A stretch of DNA of 15,922 bases from Verrucomicrobiales bacterium. Its GTDB lineage: Bacteria; Verrucomicrobiota; Verrucomicrobiia; Verrucomicrobiales; V1-33. The translations under genes and the position numbers were made by a program. The DNA lies in contig JANOAV010000207.1 in the NCBI GenBank assembly GCA_031411295.1, forward strand, positions 1 through 15,922. The letters run 5' to 3'. The notes beneath the pieces are model-generated. The model ran no database searches. It was not told where the DNA came from and saw only the letters and a program-made list of their open reading frames with translations. This document shows positions 8,500-15,786 of the stretch, in pieces (position 1 is the stretch's first letter; every line of letters begins with the position of its first letter).

Positions 8500-9786
8500 A
8501 TGAAGCATTTTCTTTTCCTAGCAGCAGCAACTTCGATCACAATTTCGGCACCAGCGGCAGACTGGCCTCGGTCCCGGGGAGCGGATGGCAATGGGGTGGC
8601 GGTTGAGGCCACACCGCCAATCAGTTGGAGCGATGGCGAAAATGTGAAATGGAAGCTGGCGTTGCCGGGGCCCGGCTCATCCAGTCCGATTGTGGTGGGC
8701 GAGCGAGTTTTCGTCACTTGCTATTCGGGTTATGGAGATGGCAGCGAGGGATCGATGGAAAAGTTGCAGCGCCATTTGCTCTGCATCGACCGGGCCACCG
8801 GGAAGGTTTCCTGGGAGCAAAAGGTGATGGCAGAGGTGCCGGAGGATCCCTATCAGGGGTTCATTACGGAGCATGGGTATGCCAGCAGCACTCCGGCTGC
8901 GGACGAGGAGCAAGTCTATGTTTTCTATGGGAAGACGGGGGTGCTGGCCTATGATTTTACGGGCACGGAAATGTGGCGAGTGAACGTCGGGAAGGAGTCC
9001 GGGAATCGTCATTGGGGCTCGGGTTCCAGTTTGATGCTGCAGGGGGACAAAGTGATCGTGAATGCGTCGGAGGAGAGCCAGAGCATCCGCGCGTTGGACA
9101 AGAAGACGGGCAAGGAGCTTTGGAAATCAGAGTCCAGCGTGCTGGAACTTTGCTACGGCACCCCTGCGTTGGTGCCGGCGGGCGAGCGCACCGACCTGGT
9201 GTTGGCGGTGCCGGGCGAGCTGTGGGGGATGAATCCGGATACCGGGAAACTACGTTGGTTCGCGGGGACGGGATTGAAGGGGAACATCTCACCGAGCGTG
9301 GTGTTCGATGGAGGGCTGATCTATGCCAATGGGGGATTTCCGGGACTGGGTTCCGTGGCGGTGCGCGGTGGCGGGAAGGGTGATGTGACAACCACTAACC
9401 TGGTCTGGGAAACGAAGGATGCATCCTACGTGCCCTCCCCGGTATTGGCCAACGGGCATCTCTACGTGGCCAATGATCAAGGGTTTGCGCTGTGTTTGGA
9501 TGCCAAGGATGGCAAGCTAATTTACCGTGAGCGACTTCCAGGAGCCTCCGCCCAAGGCCGTAGCGGCAAGCCATTTTATGCTTCAGCCGTGCTGGCCAAC
9601 GGATTGGTGTATGCGGTGAGCCGGCAAAATGGCACCTTCATTTTCGAAGCCAAACCGGAGTTCAAACTGGTGGGGCAAAACAAGCTGGCAGGCGATGATT
9701 CCCAATTCAACGCGACGCCTGCCCTGACAGACAAGCAACTTTTCCTGCGCTCGAACAAGTATCTTTATTGTTTGGAGGGGAAGTAG
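8500..9786 (+). CDS. Exported PQQ-binding-like (BamB-like) beta-propeller repeat protein of the family expanded in PVC bacteria
   Basis: Signal peptide MKHFLFLAAATSITISAPAA followed by DWPRSRGADGNG. Family motifs NVKWKLALPGPGSSSPIVVGERVFVT, YASSTP, ALDKKTGKELWK, CLDAKDGKLIY, FYASAV and C-terminal FNATPA...LFLRSNKYLYCL. Confidence 0.9.
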   Translation: MKHFLFLAAATSITISAPAADWPRSRGADGNGVAVEATPPISWSDGENVKWKLALPGPGSSSPIVVGERVFVTCYSGYGDGSEGSMEKLQRHLLCIDRATGKVSWEQKVMAEVPEDPYQGFITEHGYASSTPAADEEQVYVFYGKTGVLAYDFTGTEMWRVNVGKESGNRHWGSGSSLMLQGDKVIVNASEESQSIRALDKKTGKELWKSESSVLELCYGTPALVPAGERTDLVLAVPGELWGMNPDTGKLRWFAGTGLKGNISPSVVFDGGLIYANGGFPGLGSVAVRGGGKGDVTTTNLVWETKDASYVPSPVLANGHLYVANDQGFALCLDAKDGKLIYRERLPGASAQGRSGKPFYASAVLANGLVYAVSRQNGTFIFEAKPEFKLVGQNKLAGDDSQFNATPALTDKQLFLRSNKYLYCLEGK

Positions 9787-9845
9787 TTACGGGTCGGCAA
9801 ATGGCTATTGGTCCGCTTTCATTTCAACTAAACACAGAACAAACG

Positions 9846-10427
9846 ATGAAAAAACAACTCACTTATATTATGGTCGGGGTCACGCTCGCGAGCTATCAGG
9901 TTTTGGCTCAGGATGCACCGCCTCCGCCACCACCAGCGCCCGGTGCACCTCCCGCGGGTGGACCAGAAGCCAGTGCTCCGCGCCCTGGTCAAGGCGGGCC
10001 CGGTGGTGGGCAACGCGGACCGGGTCAAGGTGGCCAAGGTGGACCAGGGCAGGGCGGTCAAGGTGGAGCGCGTCCGGTGAGTCCAATCATTGAGGCGCTG
10101 GATCTAAATAAAGATGGGGTGATCGATGCCGATGAATTAGGTAAAGCGGCAGAATCCTTGAAGAAGCTGGATAAGAATGGCGATGGGAAGATTACGGAAG
10201 AGGAGTATCGTCCGCAACGCCCGAGCGGCCAAGGAGGTCGTGGCGGGCAGGGGCAGCGTGGTGGCGCTGGAGGCGGGCAGCCGGGGCAGGGCGCTCCGCA
10301 GGGACAAGGCCGCCCCGGAGCTGGTCCTGGCGGTGGAGGTCAGGGTGGGAATCCGTCCGCTGCCGGTGGTGGCGGAGGGCGTCCTGAGGGCGGGGAGAAT
10401 CGGCCCCAGCGTCCGCCGTTGGAGTAG
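9846..10427 (+). CDS. Exported EF-hand pair protein with Gly/Gln/Pro-rich low-complexity arms
   Basis: Signal peptide MKKQLTYIMVGVTLASYQVLAQ from ATG 9846, preceded by an A-rich leader. Canonical 12-residue loops DLNKDGVIDADE (10101-10136) and DKNGDGKITEEE (10170-10205). Flanks carry GPGQGG/GQGG repeats. Confidence 0.88.
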   Translation: MKKQLTYIMVGVTLASYQVLAQDAPPPPPPAPGAPPAGGPEASAPRPGQGGPGGGQRGPGQGGQGGPGQGGQGGARPVSPIIEALDLNKDGVIDADELGKAAESLKKLDKNGDGKITEEEYRPQRPSGQGGRGGQGQRGGAGGGQPGQGAPQGQGRPGAGPGGGGQGGNPSAAGGGGGRPEGGENRPQRPPLE

Positions 10428-10487
10428 CAGAGAGGGCTCCAGGGAATACGTGGGCGGCTCCTTTCCTAAGCTCTCCGCAACCTGCTA
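10425..10487 (+). other. Extended imperfect hairpin immediately after the EF-hand gene (possible 3' protective or terminator-like structure)
   Basis: TAGCAG (10425-10430) pairs with CTGCTA (10482-10487), GAG-GGCT with AGCT-CTC, and AGGGAA with TTTCCT. It is followed by AAATAAC rather than a U-tract. Confidence 0.4.
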
Positions 10488-10588
10488 AATAACAAGAGAA
10501 GGGCACGGGTGCGGAGCATCCGCAGAAGTTGGCAGTGCACTGCACGGCGGTAAACGCGACGAGGATTGTGGTTTGGTTAACCCAGCGC

Positions 10589-10622
10589 CCTGGGGACTTG
10601 CCCAAGGTCGTGCCGTTGGCGC
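10589..10622. repeat. Degenerate REP-like palindromic element
   Basis: CCTGGGG-ACTTG-CCCAAGG (one mismatch) followed by GTGCC-GTT-GGCGC. This resembles intergenic palindromic repeats of the form CCTGGGGCGTTGCCCCAGG...GCGCCGTTGGCGC that I recall from PVC genomes. Only one copy is present in this window. Confidence 0.4.
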
Positions 10623-10731
10623 AGTGGAAGTGAGGGCCGGATTTCAGCCAACAGACCGGACGCGTTTGTGTGGGAGACAAATTTATACTATCCCAATTTT
10701 GCGCATCCGTAGTAGAGTCTGCAGCAACTAT

Positions 10732-13700
10732 ATGCGTGTCTTGCCCGTCCCCTTCACTTTTTGTCTGTCGTTAAGCGCAATGCTTTGGCTCTCGCTGGCC
10801 GGAGGTATGCGCGCGGAGGTGGTGATTGCTGAATTTGTCGCGGAGAATGATAATGGGTTGGCGGATGCGGATGGGACGCATCCGGACTGGATTGAGCTGT
10901 GGAACAATGGGGTGGCGGCGGAGAATATGGATGGTTGGTATCTGAGTGATGACAGCCAGAGCCCGCTCCGCTGGCCGTTTCCGGCGTTCTCACTGGCTCC
11001 GGGGGCGCGGCGGATTGTGTTTGCCTCGGGGAAAAATCGGCGGGATCCGCTGGGGGAATTGCATGCGAATTTCTCTCTGCAAAACTCCGGCGGCTACTTG
11101 GCGCTGCGGAAGCCGACTGGGTTAAATGCCAGTGTCTGGAATCCGTATCCGCCTCAAAAGGCGGACATTAGTTATGGTTCCGGCACGCTGAAGGATGCGC
11201 AGGATTTGGTGACTGCGAACACGGCCGGGAAATTGTTGGTGCCTGCCAATGGCGGACTGGGCGCGTCTTGGACGGGGGCGGCATTTAACGACACGGCGTG
11301 GACCACGGCAACGAATCGCATTGGCTATCAAGTGGGCGGTTCAGGAGCTGGTTTGCCGCAGAGTTACTGGACGTTCGATGACACGGTGGCAAATGTCATG
11401 GCGACGGGACCGGAAGCAACGTTGGTGGGCGCGACTTATAACACCTCCGTTCCGGGCGCGATCGGGGAGGGGAAGTCGCTCCATTTCACGCGGGCGTCTG
11501 GCAATTACGTTTCCGCAGCCTTGGATGTCTCGGAGACATCTTACACGTGTTCTTTTTGGTTCCGGACGACGATGGCGACGACGGGGATGTATTCCGTGGT
11601 CGGCGGAGATTTGGGGGCCAACGGACATGATCGGCACATTTACCTAACCGGTGGAAATATTGGCACGCGGACTTGGAATGTGGAGACGATCACTTCCACG
11701 GGCAAAAATTATGCGGACAACCAATGGCATCATGTGGCGCATGTTTTCGGTGGGAGCGTGGGCGGTCAGCGGCTCTATGTTGATGGCGTGCAAGTGGCGC
11801 TCGGGGCGAAGAGCAGTTCAGATTTCAACTGGCAGGCGCGGGTAAATATTGGTTTCTCCAATGATGCGGTAAATGCCAACTATCACGAGGGTGAGATCGA
11901 TGACGTGGCCATCTGGAGCGAAGCGCTGAATGCGACTTCGATCGCTTCGCTGGTGAGCGGCACTCCTCCGAACACCCTGGCAGGGCTGGCTCCGTATGTG
12001 GGCACAAATGTGCAGACTGCGATGCAGAACGTGAATGCCTCGGCTTATCTCCGGCTGCCGTTTTCGGTAAATAGAATTTCTCCGTTCAACAACGCGACGC
12101 TGAAGGTGCGTTATGACGATGGCTTCGTGGCTTATATTGACGGCGTGGAAGTGGCGCGACGCAATGCGCCCAGCGCCCCGACATTCAATTCCACCGCACC
12201 CATCAATCGCGCCATCGATGATGCCCTGGTGATGGAAACCATCGACATTTCTGCGAGTGCAAATTTACTGACAAACGGGAACCACGTGCTGGCAATCCAG
12301 GCGCTGAATGATAGCGTTGGCAGTCCTGAGTTCTTGCTAAATGCGGAGTTATCCGCCGCGACCCTAACGCCGGCTGATGGCATCTACATGGACCCTCCGA
12401 CGCCCAATGCAGTGAACGATACCGGGTTCCTCGGTTTCGTGGCGGATACGAATTTCCTGCCGAAACGCGGGCTCTATACCACCGCTCAGACGGTTGTGAT
12501 TTCCTGCGCCACTCCGGGTGCCACCATTTCCTATACGTTGGATGGCACCGATCCTTCGCCCAGTAATGGCACGCAGGTGGCTCCGGCCAATGCCAGCACT
12601 GCGCCCACGGTATCGCTGGCGGTGAGCACCACGAAATCCATCCGCGCCATGGCCTACAAGGCGAATTCTGGGCTGCGCGAAACAAATACTGATGTGCATT
12701 CCTATATTTTCACGCCGCAGGTGCTGACCCAGTCCGCTGCTCCCGCTGGCTATCCCACCTCCTGGCCGGGGCGCGCGGCGGATTACGCCATGGACCCTAA
12801 CGTGGTGAATACGACGTTGCCGGGCTACAGTGTAAACGACGCGCTGGTCTCCCTGCCGACGCTGAGCATGACGTGTCCGGTGGCTTCTTTATTCAGCCCG
12901 ACGGCTCCGGCGGGGATCTATTATGATACTTCGCAACGCGGTATTGGGGCGGAACGCAAAGTGAGTATCGAGTGGATCAATCCCGACGGCACGCCGGGAT
13001 GGCAGGCGCAATGCGGCGTGCGCCCGCATGGGAATTCAAGTCGGGGCCACGGATTCACGCCGAAGCATCCGCTGCGGCTGACTTTCAAATCCGCTTATGG
13101 CTACCCTCGACTGAAAGAGGACATCTTCCATGGCGGGGTGACGAAGTTTGATCAGATCCTCCTGCGGGCGTGCTCCACGGATTCCATGCCGGTGGTGGAT
13201 GGCAATGTGGAGGATAACGAGCAGCGGTGGAACAATGACAAGGCCACTTACATGAGGGATCAATACTTGCGGCAGGCTTTGCTGGACTTGGGACATCCTA
13301 ACTGCCGGGGAGTCTATGTGCATTTGTATTTAAACGGGCTGTATTGGGGCTTGTATAATATGGCGGAACGTCCCAACGCGGTCTTCTTTGCGGATACTTT
13401 CGGCGGGGATGAGACGGAGTGGGATGTGATGAAGGATTTCCAGGAACTCAATGATGGGACCGCTACGGCTTGGAATGAATTGGCGGCCATCGTCAATGAC
13501 ACGGCCATTTCCGACGTGGCGCGTTGTCAGAAGTTGCTGGGAAATAATCCCGATGGCAGCCGCAATCCGGCGTATCCCATCTATCTGCACTGGTCATCGT
13601 TCCGGGATTACATGATCACTCACATTGCCGCCGGAGCGGAGGATTGGCCGGACCATAATTACTGGGTGGGTCGGCGGCGGGGAGCCTTGAGCGAAGGATT

Positions 13701-15786
13701 CCGCTTCGTGGTCTGGGATCAGGAAATTTCCAACGACTCCCTAACGCGACTCAGTGGACGGGGTAGTGCGGCTCCGTTTGAGTCGGTCGGCAGCGCTCCA
13801 ACCGACAACAGTTTTGCCTTTGGACCAGCTAAAATTTACGACAAATTCCGCCGCACGGAACCGTTCAAATCACAGTTTCGCGAACGCGTCCATGCCTTGC
13901 TCTTCAATGGCGGGCCTTTGTCCCCCATGGGTCAAAAAGCACGCTGGGGCAGCATTCAGGCCACGATCGACAAGGCCATGGTGGCCGAAAGCGCTCGCTG
14001 GGGCGATGCCGCTGGCGAGGGAGCCAAGAAGAGGGAAACGACGTGGCTCAATAATATGAATTACATGAACACGCCCACCACGGGCTATTGGGACGCCATC
14101 TTCCCAATTGATGTGCAGCGGTTCCGCAACGTGTCGCTCTATCCCAGCATCAATGAGCCGACCTTCAGCCAAAATGGCGGCTTGGTGCCCAGTGGATTTG
14201 CCCTCTATTTCGCGAGCGACCAACCGGCAGTTTATTACACGCTGGATGGCACAGATCCGATGGGAGCCAATGGCCTGCCCTCAGCCACAGCTCAAGCATA
14301 TGCTGGTGGCGTGGTCACGACAGATGTGATCGCCCAGAATTCAGCGTGGAAATATTTGGTGACTGCCACGGCACCTTCTGCCGCATGGAAGGCGGTTACG
14401 TTTAATGATGCCGCGTGGCCGGAGGGGAATGGTCAGTTGGGTTATGGGGATGGAGATGAGACGACCGTGCTCGGCTATGGCGGTAACGCGGCGGCTCGTT
14501 ATACCACGACGTATTTCCGGCGGAAATTCACCTTAACAGCTCTGCCGGAGGGAGCAAAACTGTATTTACTGCGCGACGATGGAGCCGTGGTTTACCTGAA
14601 CAATAAGGAGATCGTGCGCTCCAACATGCACCCCACGAATGCCATCACCTATGCCAGCCTAGCCAGCAGCAATGTGGGCGGGGCAGATGAAAGCGCCTTT
14701 TACTATCAATACACCCTGAACCCTGCGGACTTCGTGGTGGGCAACAATGTGCTGGCGGTGGAGGTGCACAAAGTTTCGGTCAGCGAGGATGATCTCAGCT
14801 TCGATGCCCGCTTGGCAACGAGCGCCAATGCCAGTTCCGCGCCCGCCATCCTCACGCCGGGCCACGGCACGGTGAAAGTCCGCGCTCTCAGCACTGCAGG
14901 GGAATGGAGTGGCGTGAATACAGCTTATTTCACCGTGGGAGCAGAACTCGCGAGCCATCAAAACATGGTAGTTAGCGAATTGCATTACCATCCAGCAGCA
15001 CCGACGACCACGACGGAATTGGCGGCCAGTGTGGATCCGGATGATTATGAGTTTCTGGAGTTGATGAACGTGGGGAATTCCCTGATGGATTGCACCGGGG
15101 TGGTGATTACGCTGGGGGTGGATTTTCATTTCCCCACGGGCTTCCTGCTGGCTCCGGGAGGGCGTTGTGTGCTGGTGCGGAACACCGGAGCGTTCATGGC
15201 GCGGTATGGGAACAGCGTGCCGATTGTGGGTGAGTTTGAAAATGCAACTTCGTTAAAAAACAGCGGTGAACTGGCGCGAATTCTAGCCGCAAATCAGACC
15301 GTGATCCAGGAGTTCACGTATGATGATGCCGCGCCCTGGCCAGTGGCCGCTGATGGCTTTGGACCGAGCATGGTGTTGATCGCTCCGATGACGAGGCCGG
15401 ATCATAACGTGGGCACGAACTGGCGCGCCAGCATCTCCCCGCATGGCAATCCCATGGCGGACGATGCGCTGCACTTAACTGGCAGCGCCACGGCTGACAG
15501 CAATGCCAATGGTTGGACGAATCTGGTGGAATATGCCCTGGGTCCCGCCCCACAACTCACGCATGAAATGACGCCCGATGGACTAACGTTGACGATTCCC
15601 CGACAACCGAATGCCGACGATGCCGAGATCATTGGCGAAGTTTCCACCAGCCTGGGGCCTTGGACGGCAGCCGATTTGATCAATGCCACGGATACCTCTC
15701 TAACGTTCCGCGTGCCTGCTACACTAAGCACAGAGACCCATCTCTTCATCCGCGCCACGGTGCGCCTGCGCCCCGTGAATCCCTAA
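10732..15786 (+). CDS. Large secreted lamin-tail-domain / LamG / CotH-family kinase protein with Fn3-associated (chitobiase C-terminal-like) domains and a Verrucomicrobia-type C-terminal domain
   Basis: Signal peptide from ATG 10732 ending GMRA, then LTD (EVVIAEFVAEN...DWIELWN...GWYLSDD). LamG (YWTFDD...QWHHVA...GEIDDVAIW). YTLDGTDP occurs twice. CotH motifs are RPHGNSSR...PKHPLRLTF, VHLYLNGLYWGLYNMAERP, DWPDHN (13642-13659) and WDQE (13714-13725). A second LTD (VVSELHYHP...YEFLELMN) and C-terminal DSNANGWTNLVEYALG...EVSTSLGPW...LFIRATV follow. Confidence 0.9.
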   Translation: MRVLPVPFTFCLSLSAMLWLSLAGGMRAEVVIAEFVAENDNGLADADGTHPDWIELWNNGVAAENMDGWYLSDDSQSPLRWPFPAFSLAPGARRIVFASGKNRRDPLGELHANFSLQNSGGYLALRKPTGLNASVWNPYPPQKADISYGSGTLKDAQDLVTANTAGKLLVPANGGLGASWTGAAFNDTAWTTATNRIGYQVGGSGAGLPQSYWTFDDTVANVMATGPEATLVGATYNTSVPGAIGEGKSLHFTRASGNYVSAALDVSETSYTCSFWFRTTMATTGMYSVVGGDLGANGHDRHIYLTGGNIGTRTWNVETITSTGKNYADNQWHHVAHVFGGSVGGQRLYVDGVQVALGAKSSSDFNWQARVNIGFSNDAVNANYHEGEIDDVAIWSEALNATSIASLVSGTPPNTLAGLAPYVGTNVQTAMQNVNASAYLRLPFSVNRISPFNNATLKVRYDDGFVAYIDGVEVARRNAPSAPTFNSTAPINRAIDDALVMETIDISASANLLTNGNHVLAIQALNDSVGSPEFLLNAELSAATLTPADGIYMDPPTPNAVNDTGFLGFVADTNFLPKRGLYTTAQTVVISCATPGATISYTLDGTDPSPSNGTQVAPANASTAPTVSLAVSTTKSIRAMAYKANSGLRETNTDVHSYIFTPQVLTQSAAPAGYPTSWPGRAADYAMDPNVVNTTLPGYSVNDALVSLPTLSMTCPVASLFSPTAPAGIYYDTSQRGIGAERKVSIEWINPDGTPGWQAQCGVRPHGNSSRGHGFTPKHPLRLTFKSAYGYPRLKEDIFHGGVTKFDQILLRACSTDSMPVVDGNVEDNEQRWNNDKATYMRDQYLRQALLDLGHPNCRGVYVHLYLNGLYWGLYNMAERPNAVFFADTFGGDETEWDVMKDFQELNDGTATAWNELAAIVNDTAISDVARCQKLLGNNPDGSRNPAYPIYLHWSSFRDYMITHIAAGAEDWPDHNYWVGRRRGALSEGFRFVVWDQEISNDSLTRLSGRGSAAPFESVGSAPTDNSFAFGPAKIYDKFRRTEPFKSQFRERVHALLFNGGPLSPMGQKARWGSIQATIDKAMVAESARWGDAAGEGAKKRETTWLNNMNYMNTPTTGYWDAIFPIDVQRFRNVSLYPSINEPTFSQNGGLVPSGFALYFASDQPAVYYTLDGTDPMGANGLPSATAQAYAGGVVTTDVIAQNSAWKYLVTATAPSAAWKAVTFNDAAWPEGNGQLGYGDGDETTVLGYGGNAAARYTTTYFRRKFTLTALPEGAKLYLLRDDGAVVYLNNKEIVRSNMHPTNAITYASLASSNVGGADESAFYYQYTLNPADFVVGNNVLAVEVHKVSVSEDDLSFDARLATSANASSAPAILTPGHGTVKVRALSTAGEWSGVNTAYFTVGAELASHQNMVVSELHYHPAAPTTTTELAASVDPDDYEFLELMNVGNSLMDCTGVVITLGVDFHFPTGFLLAPGGRCVLVRNTGAFMARYGNSVPIVGEFENATSLKNSGELARILAANQTVIQEFTYDDAAPWPVAADGFGPSMVLIAPMTRPDHNVGTNWRASISPHGNPMADDALHLTGSATADSNANGWTNLVEYALGPAPQLTHEMTPDGLTLTIPRQPNADDAEIIGEVSTSLGPWTAADLINATDTSLTFRVPATLSTETHLFIRATVRLRPVNP

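Noticed and set aside
8500..9786. Calling the gene bamB or a PQQ dehydrogenase
   Set aside because: There is no lipobox Cys and no bamB-type gene context, and it is shorter than quinoprotein dehydrogenases. It fits the expanded PVC propeller family of unknown function.
9985..10070. GGTCAAGG-type DNA repeats as a CRISPR array or VNTR
   Set aside because: They are irregular, in frame, synonymously diverged and explained by GQGG peptide repeats. There are no spacers and no cas genes.
10530..10544. Sigma-54-like promoter TGGCAGTGCACTGCA
   Set aside because: The GG-to-GC spacing is one base shorter than the strict -24/-12 requirement.
10573..10731. Upstream TTG start and 53-aa extension of the CotH ORF
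   Set aside because: It runs through palindromic intergenic sequence. ATG 10732 gives a signal peptide directly before the LTD.
10732..15786. CotH as evidence of sporulation
   Set aside because: CotH-family domains are widespread in non-sporulating bacteria, and no sporulation genes are in the window.
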